From Somniosus microcephalus (lineage: Eukaryota): a stretch of 64,000 nt of DNA. Shown piece after piece: positions 36,701 to 44,480 of the stretch (position 1 is its first letter; the number at the start of each line of letters is the position of its first letter). A model generated the notes under the pieces. It was given only the letters and a program-made list of their open reading frames with translations. It had not been told where the DNA came from and searched no databases. Location: NCBI GenBank assembly GCA_052327205.1, contig CM126205.1:294996001-295060000 (forward strand), read 5' to 3'. The position numbers and the translations under genes were made by a program.

Positions 36701-37693
36701 GGCCGGGTCCTCGACGACCTGACCGAGACGGGACTCCAGGTCGAGCACCTCCTTCTCCAACCGCCCGACCCGGGCCTCCCGCCTCTTGGTCGACCCCTTC
36801 GCGTACTCCTGACAGAAGAGACGGATGTGAGCCTTGCCCACATCCCACCATAGCCTCAAGGAGGGGAAGCCCCCCTGCTTCCTTCTCCAGTCGGCCCAGA
36901 ATCGACGAAACGAATCCCGGAACCGTGCGTCCTCCAGCAGCAGGTTGTTAAAATGCCAGTACACGGACCCCCCCCGCGTGCGCAGCGGAGCGAGCTCCGC
37001 CCACACCAGGTGGTGGTCCGTGCACGGCACCGGCCGCATGGAAGCTGCCGGAACGCAGGAGACGAACGCCCGGGAAATGTAGAGGCGGTCGATTCTGGAC
37101 CTTCCTCCCCCAGACCTCACGCTAGTGAAGGCGCTGGAGTCGGGGTGGAGATTTCGCCAGACGTCCACCAAGTCGAAGGACCCAACCAGGTCCCTCAACT
37201 TCTCCATCGCCGCCGGGCTTCGCGGGGGACCCGAACGGTCCCTCGCCTCGAGGGTGCAGTTAAAATCCCCCCCGAGGATGACGCACTCGCCCACGTCGAT
37301 GGAGCCCAAGAGAGCGGACACTTCTTCGAAGAAGCGCACTTGCTGCGCACTGGTCTGAGGGGCGTACACGTTCACTAGATGGAGCGGCACGCCCCCCAGG
37401 CGAACAGTGACATGGAGCAAGCGGCCCGGCACGTGCTCCTTGACCCCCAAGATCGCCGGCTGAAAATGCGGGGCCAGCAAGATAGCCACCCCGCTGGAAT
37501 TGTTGGAGAGGTGACTCATGCTGACCCCTCCTTGCCACTCCAGGAGCCACGTGGCTTCGTCTCCCGGAACGGTGTGGGTTTCTTGCAGGAAGCACACCGC
37601 ATACTTCCCGTCCCGAAGGACCGAGAAGTTATTGAATCTGCGGCGCGCCTCCCTGCTGCCGTTGATGTTGAGGCTGGCTATGGTTATCTTCAT
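33794..37693 (-). CDS. Tx1 ORF2, copy 3: APE endonuclease, RT and Zn finger
   Basis: All APE and RT motifs are intact (LQETH, GGDFN, TDH, KAFD, QGCP, YADD). C-terminal CxxC...H...C. Confidence 0.96.
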   Translation of the reverse strand: MKITIASLNINGSREARRRFNNFSVLRDGKYAVCFLQETHTVPGDEATWLLEWQGGVSMSHLSNNSSGVAILLAPHFQPAILGVKEHVPGRLLHVTVRLGGVPLHLVNVYAPQTSAQQVRFFEEVSALLGSIDVGECVILGGDFNCTLEARDRSGPPRSPAAMEKLRDLVGSFDLVDVWRNLHPDSSAFTSVRSGGGRSRIDRLYISRAFVSCVPAASMRPVPCTDHHLVWAELAPLRTRGGSVYWHFNNLLLEDARFRDSFRRFWADWRRKQGGFPSLRLWWDVGKAHIRLFCQEYAKGSTKRREARVGRLEKEVLDLESRLGQVVEDPALRKVYEEKKGALKDLQLVGSRGAYVRSRIQLLRDLDRGSPFFYSLEKRRGVRKQLLGLLADDGSLVSDPEGINAETRAYYGALFSPDPSSEDARRVLWEDLTKVGPEGAEKLDAPLSLAELTGALRQLSRGKSPGLDGLTVEFHRAFWDVLGGDYARVLGESLATGEMPLSWRRAVIVLLPKKGDLRLLKNWRPVSLLSTDYKIFARAMSARLGTVLAHMIHPDQSYTVPGRTIHDNIHLVRDLVHHSQRAGLSVAFLSLDQEKAFDRVDHEYLFGTLRAFGFGTHFVARIRLLYTAAECLIKVNGSLTAPLRFGRGVRQGCPMSGQLYAICVEPFLRLLRKRLTGLALQGPGVEVVLSAYADDVLLTVTDPADLRRMRECQQIYSDASSAKINWEKCSGLLVGQWRVDSLPEEFRPFAWSTTHLLYLGVYLSPAEDAWPANWQELEAKVTARLGRWTGLLRVLSYRGRALVINQLVAAMLWYRLVTLIPPPAFVAKIQKKLIDFFWDKRKHWVSAAVLCLPLREGGQALVCLRTQAATFRLQTLQRYLYVENPPRWCALATFFFRQLHGLNYDTQLLFAKVGSRRAGLRELPVFYQELLWVWNYVASRRSSPPSGAAALLREPLLRNPHLHEHGFGRLAEGRAVAGKVTRVGDLLDGGGAGWMAPEELARRLSWANVQLAVETIESVKAALGPDSTRCIEAAQARGAIPSELTPVRTEFLIGARPRNSPREPAPHNLSRLEEIPSVPFHSARRGFLYGLLLHTLHFAIFVYRPDTPWRGVLPTGGSGGPQWRALYAGVLPCSIGDLAWRVLHGAVPCNKVLSRFTDSQAACIFCGLEESVFHVYMDCERLQPLFHYLKGLLLDFWLHFSPTLLIYGHPVRRGADRLEDLLVGLLLGLAKRAINWSRQRAVEGVVQPDCLHLFRGHVRARVALEMEHAVSAGALEYFRDRWAPRGLECIINTENQILI

Positions 37694-37724
37694 GTCAGAA
37701 GCATAGTGCAACCTCTACCTACAC

Positions 37725-39881
37725 CTAACGGGGCGAGGAAGCGCAGCCGCTGGTCAGCCGCCACTTCCTCAGCAGCCCAGTGAGAAACGTTGTGAGCCGA
37801 CGCAGCTCGAGCGGGTTCACACCCTCATCCGCGCCCAAGATCTTAACGGCGGCGCGGACGGAATCGATGAGCAGCGCCAGCTCCGACCACCTGTCGAGGG
37901 CCAGCCGGACCTTATTGCGCTGACCCAGGCACGTGGCCATAAAATCCCGGAGTTCCCTTACGGAAATGAGGGGAGACTCGGCAAGGGGCACGAGGTCATC
38001 CATCGCCACGTCGGCGCTGGAGTCCGAATCATCCTCCGTGCCCATCACCGAGTCCCCATCCTCCTCCAGGGGGTCGTCACCAGCGGCCGACCCGTCCGCC
38101 GCGCAGTGCGAAGCGAACGACTCGGCCGCGCCAGCCAGCCCCGCCTCCGCCCGGATCCCACCCCCAGGATCGGCGGCAGAGGATTTCTCCCTGGGCTCCT
38201 CTAGGGGTGCCGGGCCAGAAGACGGCGGCGGTTCAGAGCTCCCCTCCGCCTCAGACGCCGGAACGACCGGAGAAACCGGGGAGAGAACAATTTCCAGCTC
38301 CTCCAGTACGTCCGGCACCAGAGACGCAGCCAGGGGGCCATCCTCCTCCCCGCCACCAACCTCCGACCCAGCGGACGGGGGGTTTTGAATTAAAAGCTCC
38401 ACCAGGACGAGCATCCCCTGGGAGACGTCCGGGTCGCATTGGGCGAGCTCATTATCCTCGAGCTCGCCCGACCCAGCCCCCAGGCTGCCCGACCCGGCGA
38501 GGGGTAACGACACCGATAAAAGGTCAACTTCAATTACTGCCGCGGGTTGTTCCGCAACCCCCCCCACGGGCAGGGTCTCATCCCCATCCCCGGGAGGCAC
38601 GTGCTGGACAGACACATCTGCCTCAGCCTCCCGAGGGACAGGCGACCCCTGCCGATCGCTGGTGATGACGACAGCGCTGGGGGGGCGGGGGGGCGCAGTA
38701 CCCGCGGCGGGCGACGACTCCCCCTGCTCGGAGGGACCTTCCTCCTCCCGGTCCTCCTCCTCATCCAGGGGGTCGCGCCTTCTTTTTAGCACGGAGGGAG
38801 CGAGGGAGACCTCCATGTCTGCAAAGGCCTCCTCCTCGACTCCCTCCGGCGGAGCAGGTTTGTCGGGTTCCTCGGGCCCGAGCCCGGCCGCAGGTATTGG
38901 CATTACCGCTGCGGCGGTTGCGGCCACAGGCTCGGGCACGGGGCCCCTCCCGCTCACATCTGCCCTGATCAACTCCGCGAGGAGCGCGGGTGTAAGGGGC
39001 TCAAGGGGCAAGGGCTCACCATCCACGGGCGGACCTGCCCTAAGGTGCTTCTTTTTTCCCCGCGCCTTCTTTCCGGCTAGACACGCTCCCTCCCCCCCGC
39101 CGGAGGCCTTGGTGGCATCGGCCCCCGACGTCAACCGCGCATCAGACGTACTTGACGCGCGGGCAGATCCGGGGGGAAGGGCGGCGGCGGCGGCGCCAGC
39201 CTCGGCCGCACGAGACGGTCCGGCGGCCTTGGAGGCAGGGCAGTTCCTCCTGATGTGCCCCACCTCCCTGCAGGCATGGCACCTCACACCGTCCGACGTC
39301 CAAAAGGCGCGGTAGGCGGTCCCCTCGTGGAGGACGACGAACGCCCCTTCAGTGTCCTCCTCCCGCGCCAGCTGGATAAACAGCTGGCGCCGGAAGGAGA
39401 AGACGTGGCGAAGGCTGGCCTCCCGGAAGCCGAGCGGGATGGGCGTGATCCCCGACCTCACCTCCCCAAGTTGTCGCAAATGGGGAAGGAGGAGCTCACC
39501 AGGAACATAGGGCGGGACGTTGGAAATAATGATCCTCTGCGCGGTGGCCTCGAGAGGATCCACCGGCAGGAAAGTCCCGCCCACGGTGAGCCCCTTGGCG
39601 ACAGCCAGGGACACCGCCCGCTCCGACCCCAGGAAGAACACAGCCTTCCCATACATTTTCGAGGCCGCGACGATGGCTGAGGGGCCGACAACCCCAGCCA
39701 TGGCCTTGACGCAGGCCTCGATGGTCATAGTGGGGTGAGTGTAGCTCTTCACCCCAAGCTTTTTTGTTATTAATCGAAAAGGTGACGGGGCAGCAGGAAC
39801 AGCGGGAGCAGCTGTGGCTGTGGCTACCACTCTCGCATAGGTCCCGGCTGGCCCCGCCACCGGCGAAGATGCAGTCGCCAT
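37725..39881 (-). CDS. Tx1 ORF1, copy 3 (gag-like, CCHC zinc knuckle, long acidic disordered region)
   Basis: 718 aa with IVAASKMYGKAVFFL, IIISNVPPY, HVFSFRRQ and CHACREVGHIRRNC. Confidence 0.93.
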   Translation of the reverse strand: MATASSPVAGPAGTYARVVATATAAPAVPAAPSPFRLITKKLGVKSYTHPTMTIEACVKAMAGVVGPSAIVAASKMYGKAVFFLGSERAVSLAVAKGLTVGGTFLPVDPLEATAQRIIISNVPPYVPGELLLPHLRQLGEVRSGITPIPLGFREASLRHVFSFRRQLFIQLAREEDTEGAFVVLHEGTAYRAFWTSDGVRCHACREVGHIRRNCPASKAAGPSRAAEAGAAAAALPPGSARASSTSDARLTSGADATKASGGGEGACLAGKKARGKKKHLRAGPPVDGEPLPLEPLTPALLAELIRADVSGRGPVPEPVAATAAAVMPIPAAGLGPEEPDKPAPPEGVEEEAFADMEVSLAPSVLKRRRDPLDEEEDREEEGPSEQGESSPAAGTAPPRPPSAVVITSDRQGSPVPREAEADVSVQHVPPGDGDETLPVGGVAEQPAAVIEVDLLSVSLPLAGSGSLGAGSGELEDNELAQCDPDVSQGMLVLVELLIQNPPSAGSEVGGGEEDGPLAASLVPDVLEELEIVLSPVSPVVPASEAEGSSEPPPSSGPAPLEEPREKSSAADPGGGIRAEAGLAGAAESFASHCAADGSAAGDDPLEEDGDSVMGTEDDSDSSADVAMDDLVPLAESPLISVRELRDFMATCLGQRNKVRLALDRWSELALLIDSVRAAVKILGADEGVNPLELRRLTTFLTGLLRKWRLTSGCASSPR

Positions 39882-40879
39882 TCTGGGGTGCTTTTTTTAA
39901 GGGCTACACTCACCCCAAGTCACAGGCCTGAAGGTGTTAATAGCCTCGGTGTATATATATATATTTTTTTGTCCTCTATTGAGCAGAGGGAGCTGATTAA
40001 AATGAGGACACACCTCTCTCCTTATTGATTTAAATTGGGAGAGGAGCCCTCGCCCCTCTGCTCAATTGGCAATTAATAAAATAGATGAAACTAAGGTGCC
40101 TTAGAAAGACAGGCAGAGAGAGACAAAGAGAGAGAGAGAGGTGGGGGGGTGGGAAGGAGGGAGGCCGCAAAGGGCAGTGTTGCCACTCAGGATGGTGGGT
40201 GGGTGTAGGCAGGGTTGCACTCTCCGATGGAAAAAGTCTTTGGTGATGGTGGTCTTCTGGCAGGGGGAGAAGACGTCTTCACCTGGAAAAGCTGGAGAAG
40301 CCCAGGCTTAGTCCTGCAACAGGTCTTAACGATGTAATTAAATTAAATTAAGGACTTCACCTTGGGCAGCTCCAAGCTCTCCCAGGGCAGGCAATAGAAG
40401 GGATGCTAATTAGTGGTGTGTGTGGCCTAGCTTTTAACAAGAGCACACACACACTACACCCCTTGATGATCCGGCCTTGCTTCTTCTTTTCTCCCCCCAC
40501 CTAAAATACAAAGTCTTGGGAGAGTGCCCCAAATAACACCCACCTGTAGATGTTCCGGATGAAGTTTTCTTCCCTCCTTTCAAGCAGTTGGTTTCTCTCC
40601 CCTCTCTCCCTCTCCTGAAGTGGAGGCCAATTTGGGGAGGCAGTGATAGAAAGGCCTCTCCCCTGGTTGATGTTGATGTAGGCCTCCTTTCTCCTTCTCC
40701 TCCTCTGTCCTCTCTCTCCAGGCACCTCAGTTGATGTAATGATGGTGGAGTTGGTGGTGGTGGTGGTGGTTCAACGTTCTCCTCCTCTTCCTGGTCAGGG
40801 GACCACCACTTTAATCCACTCTCCAAAGTCTGGCTGCTCCCTCTGCTCGTGCTTGTAGCTGAACAGAGGGTAACTTACG

Positions 40880-40913
40880 ACTGAAATACAGAAGCCTGCT
40901 ATGGCTTTATATA
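40880..40913 (-). promoter_or_regulatory. TATA plus initiator core promoter of the solo LTR, pointing into the Tx1 array
   Basis: TATATAAA starts at 40913. TCAGT Inr has its A(+1) at 40882, exactly 31 nt downstream. Confidence 0.7.
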
Positions 40914-41556
40914 CAGGGGTGGTCACTGCCGGTACTGCAGTATAGAATCAGTTCTTCTCTTAAAGGTACATACACAACATTTATATAAGCAAATAAAAAT
41001 CAGATCTGGTCACCAGTCAGAGCTCATCCAATTATATTTATATTTTCTAATGGACATCTTTCAATAAAGAGATTAAATATTTATTACAGTGGGTTCTTGT
41101 ATTTATTTCCCAAATTTAGCAAGGAAAACAATGTGGGGCATTAAAAAAACCCTAGGTGAAAGAATAAGAAAACGATAGTGAGCAGGATCATAGTTCTTTA
41201 ACTATTAAGATTGTTCTTGCTTTCCATCTTTTGAGACAAAAAATATTCCTCATGACTGGCTACACATTTCCATTTCCCAAAGTGTGGCAAGAGGATCCTT
41301 GAAATTCCTCAATAAGTCCATCAAATCTATTTGGACAGCATCCTCTGACACTATGGGGAGAATTTTAACCTCAAAAATGGGCGGGTTTGGGTTGGGTGGG
41401 AGGATAAAGTGTTAAAAATCTGAATCACAACCCCAACTGGCCTCCAGCCCGGCCACTTCCAGTTTTAACGGAGGCGGGATGGTGGGGGGGGGGCAGGGGG
41501 TGCAACGGGGGTGGGGGGGGTGCAGAAGGTGGGGTGGAGGGGAAGGGGGTGGGGTG

Positions 41557-43944
41557 TGTAAGGATCAATAACATGTCATTTTAAAGTGGACACTAGGTGG
41601 AGCCGTAGAGCTGTGTAGAGCTGTATATAGCTGTATATATATAAGACTACACTACCCAGCTGTATAGATATTAAGACTACATTACCCACGAGGCACTAGG
41701 CTACCCACAAGGCAACAGTCAAGATGGCAGCCTGCACACAGGAGCACACATGCTGCATCTCTACAGATACTGTACCTAGAGAACGTGTACTGAATAAATG
41801 ACTAGCTAGAAGCTAGCTGTGTTCATAATAAGAATGTCTAGTTATTAATGAACATAAGATGGTATCAGGATGGTGAAGATTGGAAGCCTGTTGCCTATGC
41901 CTCCAGGTCTATGACTGATACTGAGTGTCGATACGCCCAGATTGAAAAGGAACGTCTAGGCTTGGTAGTTGGACTAGAAAAGTTTCATAGCTACATATAT
42001 GGACTTCCCACCTTCACAGTTGAGACAGACCACAGCCCTCTGGTTGCCATCATAAAAAAGAACCTGAATGAGATGTCTCCAAGGATTCAACGACTCATGA
42101 TGAAGCTGCAAAGATATGACTTTGAACTGATCTACACACCAGGCAAATACATAGTGTTAGCAGATGCACTATCCCGAGCACCCACAATGAGTCATGTGAG
42201 CTCTACTGAAGAAGACATGGATGTTCATGTGAGTATGGTCACTGCTGCGCTGCCTGTGTCAGACACAAAATCAAAGCAAATAGCAGAAGAAACAGTAAAA
42301 GATACAGTATTACAAACAGTAATAGAGAACATTCATCATGGTTGGCCAAAAGGTTCCTGTCCAAAATATTTTCACATAAGGTCAGAATTGAGTGTCGCAA
42401 GTGGACTGTTACTAAAACAGAACAGAATAGTCATTCCACAGGCTCTATGTCAAGACATGCTCAAAAGGATTCATGAGGGACACCTCGGAATTGAAAAATG
42501 CAAAAGGAGGGCAAGAGACACTGTTTATTGGCCTGGCATAAATAAGGACATTGAGAACATGATAGGCAAATGTGAGACATGTCAGAAACACCAAAACAAA
42601 CAAGCAAAGGAACCAATGATAGTAGCTGACATACCAACAGCACCATGGCAAAAGGTTGGTATGGACCTTTTTCATTTAAATGGTAAAGACTATCTAATAG
42701 TGATTGACTACTATTCTAACTATCCTGAGATGGCACTGCTCTCAAGCACCACAGCAAGCAGTGTCATAATGCATGTGAAATCCATCTTCGCCAGACACGG
42801 AATTCCCAGGATTGCCATTAACAACAATGGTCCGTGCTTCAACTGTAAGGAGTGGCAACAGTTTGCAGCACATTATGACTTTCAGCACATCACATCCAGT
42901 CCTTTGTATGCTCAGTCAAATGGTAAGGCAGAGAAAGGTGTTCAAGTTCTCAAGCAGCTACTGAAGAAAGCGACAGAAAGCAAGTCTGATCCTTATCTCG
43001 CCCTGCTGAGCTACCGAGCCTCACCTTTAGACTGTGGTTCTTCACCTGCTGAACTACTAAGGGGTCGCAAGTTGCGCACCACGCTACCCTGCTGTGCAAA
43101 AGAACAGCAAAGTGAGGAACTGAAACAGAGACTTCAACTGTTAAAGCTGAAACAGAAATCATACTATGACAAGTCATCCAAAACTCTAAAACCATTGACA
43201 AGGGATGATGTTGTCAGGATTGAGGATCCAGATGCATGGAACAGGAAAGCTATAGTTCTTGAGGAAGTAGGACCAAGGTCATACACTGTTAGAACTGAGG
43301 AAGGACAGATTCTCAGGAGGAACCGCCGTTCCCTCCTAAAAACACAAGAGACTATTCAAGACCAGATTGATGACAATGCCGCAACTGCATCTTGTCATTC
43401 ACTGCCAGAACAATCTCATGAAGACACATCAGGCTTACCCATGTTGAGAAGATCCACACATGAAGTAAAAAAGCCTGATAGACTTAATCTTTGAGTACAA
43501 TGTAAAGCTTTGAAAATGTGTTGACTGTTTTGAAAATGTTTATGTTTGTAGAGCACTAACAAAAGTGTTACTGATATTATCTTTATTGTTTTCTTGAAAG
43601 TTGATTCATATTGATTTTGTTAAACCTCAAAGAAAGGGGGATGTAATGATCAATAACATGTCATTCTATAGTGGACACTAGGTGGAGCCATAGAGCTGTG
43701 TAGAGCTGTATATAGCTGTATGTATATAAGACTACACTACCCAGCTGTATAGGTATTAAGACTACATTACCCATGAGGCACTAGGCTACCCACAAGGCAA
43801 CAGTCAAGATGGCAGCCTGCACACAGGAGCACACATGCTGCATCTCTACAGATACTGTACCTAGAGAACGTGTACTGAATAAATGACTAGCTAGAAGATA
43901 GCTGTGTTCATAATAAGAATGTCCAGTTATTAATGAACATAAGA
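41557..43944 (+). mobile_element. Internally deleted Gypsy LTR retrotransposon
   Basis: 303-bp LTRs at 41557-41859 and 43642-43944 with about 9 mismatches. TSD GGGTG on both sides. PBS remnant TGGTATCAGGA at 41860. PPT AAAGAAAGGGGGA before 43642. Confidence 0.95.
41848..43494 (+). CDS. Truncated pol: RNase H C-terminal part plus integrase (548-aa open frame)
   Basis: PVAYASRS, YAQIEKE, ETDH, LADALSR; HEGHLG...CETC; GMDLF, NNNG (normally SDNG), SNGKAEK. Confidence 0.85.
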   Translation: MNIRWYQDGEDWKPVAYASRSMTDTECRYAQIEKERLGLVVGLEKFHSYIYGLPTFTVETDHSPLVAIIKKNLNEMSPRIQRLMMKLQRYDFELIYTPGKYIVLADALSRAPTMSHVSSTEEDMDVHVSMVTAALPVSDTKSKQIAEETVKDTVLQTVIENIHHGWPKGSCPKYFHIRSELSVASGLLLKQNRIVIPQALCQDMLKRIHEGHLGIEKCKRRARDTVYWPGINKDIENMIGKCETCQKHQNKQAKEPMIVADIPTAPWQKVGMDLFHLNGKDYLIVIDYYSNYPEMALLSSTTASSVIMHVKSIFARHGIPRIAINNNGPCFNCKEWQQFAAHYDFQHITSSPLYAQSNGKAEKGVQVLKQLLKKATESKSDPYLALLSYRASPLDCGSSPAELLRGRKLRTTLPCCAKEQQSEELKQRLQLLKLKQKSYYDKSSKTLKPLTRDDVVRIEDPDAWNRKAIVLEEVGPRSYTVRTEEGQILRRNRRSLLKTQETIQDQIDDNAATASCHSLPEQSHEDTSGLPMLRRSTHEVKKPDRLNL

Positions 43945-44229
43945 GGGTGGAGGGGCGGGCAGCCAATCCATTCCCAGGAAGTGGTTTGCCACTTTAAATA
44001 TGATAATGAGGCTGGAAGCCTCAGCTTTAACTTGCTTTGCAGGCTTAACTGTGGCCGGCCGGGGTTTCCGGGCTTTCTGCCCCCCTCCCCGGGGTTGGGA
44101 ATCGGACCCCCCCCCCAACGGGATTGGACCACCCCCACAGGGCCGAGGATCGGACCTACCTGGTCCTGCGGCCTTTTGTCCACCATTCCCCCCCGCCACC
44201 CCTGACTGCCAGTGACGTCACACACACGC

Positions 44230-44480
44230 TGTGGAGTTAGAAGTCCACAGCGTGCGGGGAAACCCAGACTTCCTTTGATGCCAAAGAGTTGGAAGTTCTA
44301 CTGCAGAAGATACACTAAAGGAAAGTGGTCCTGTTTGGGGCTGGAGGCCACCCTACAGTTAAAACATTCATTTAGTGAGATTGCTGACCAAACCTATGTA
44401 GTCACCAAGGTCCCGTGCATCTGGCTGGAAATGAAGAAGAGGTTTGCTGGCATCAGGAGGCAGGCAATGGCAAGTGTGCA
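44230..44480 (+). pseudogene. Decayed Harbinger Myb/SANT exon
   Basis: FSEIADQTYVVTKVPCIWLEMKKRFAGIRR resembles WREIAQRV...QCRKKFNDLTR. Confidence 0.45.

Larger units (their letters stand above)
33721..40858 (-). mobile_element. Tx1-clade non-LTR retrotransposon, copy 3 (fully intact)
   Basis: 5'UTR of about 980 bp, ORF1 718 aa, ORF2 1299 aa, 3'UTR of about 73 bp ending AATAAAAGAG. Confidence 0.97.
19388..40872. repeat. 14-bp target-site duplication CTGAACAGAGGGTA, four copies
   Basis: Identical copies at 19388-19401, 26537-26550, 33707-33720 and 40859-40872 bound each Tx1 unit. Confidence 0.97.
19328..40979 (-). mobile_element. Solo LTR (181 bp reconstructed: 19328-19401 plus 40873-40979) split by the Tx1 array
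   Basis: Termini TGTAGTGT (19328) and ACACAACA (40979). 5-bp TSD TTTAT at 19323-19327 and 40980-40984. Minus strand has TATATAAA at 40913-40906 and AGTAAA at 19389-19384. Confidence 0.85.
41354..44200. mobile_element. Non-autonomous Harbinger-like remnant interrupted by the Gypsy insertion
   Basis: Begins GGGGAGAATTTTAACC. GC-rich subterminal sequence continues on both sides of the GGGTG TSD. The right boundary is uncertain. Confidence 0.45.

Noticed and set aside
19474-39881. Dozens of overlapping and antisense ORFs within the Tx1 copies
   Set aside because: These are shadow ORFs of GC-rich coding sequence with no domain motifs.
40434-40826. 130-aa ORF in the Tx1 5'UTR (present in all three copies)
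   Set aside because: It starts at TTG with no in-frame ATG and is low complexity. Its conservation simply reflects near-identical copies.
19402-40858. Tx1 triplication as a pure assembly artefact
   Set aside because: Each copy has private substitutions and indels, and every junction carries the TSD. Long-read confirmation is still advisable.
19388-40872. Four identical 14-bp direct repeats as a CRISPR array
   Set aside because: The spacers are 7.1-kb retrotransposons, there are no cas genes and the context is eukaryotic. The repeats are TSDs.
41848-43494. Domesticated integrase gene (GIN-like)
   Set aside because: It is still flanked by LTRs, PPT and TSD, and the open frame is compatible with young age.
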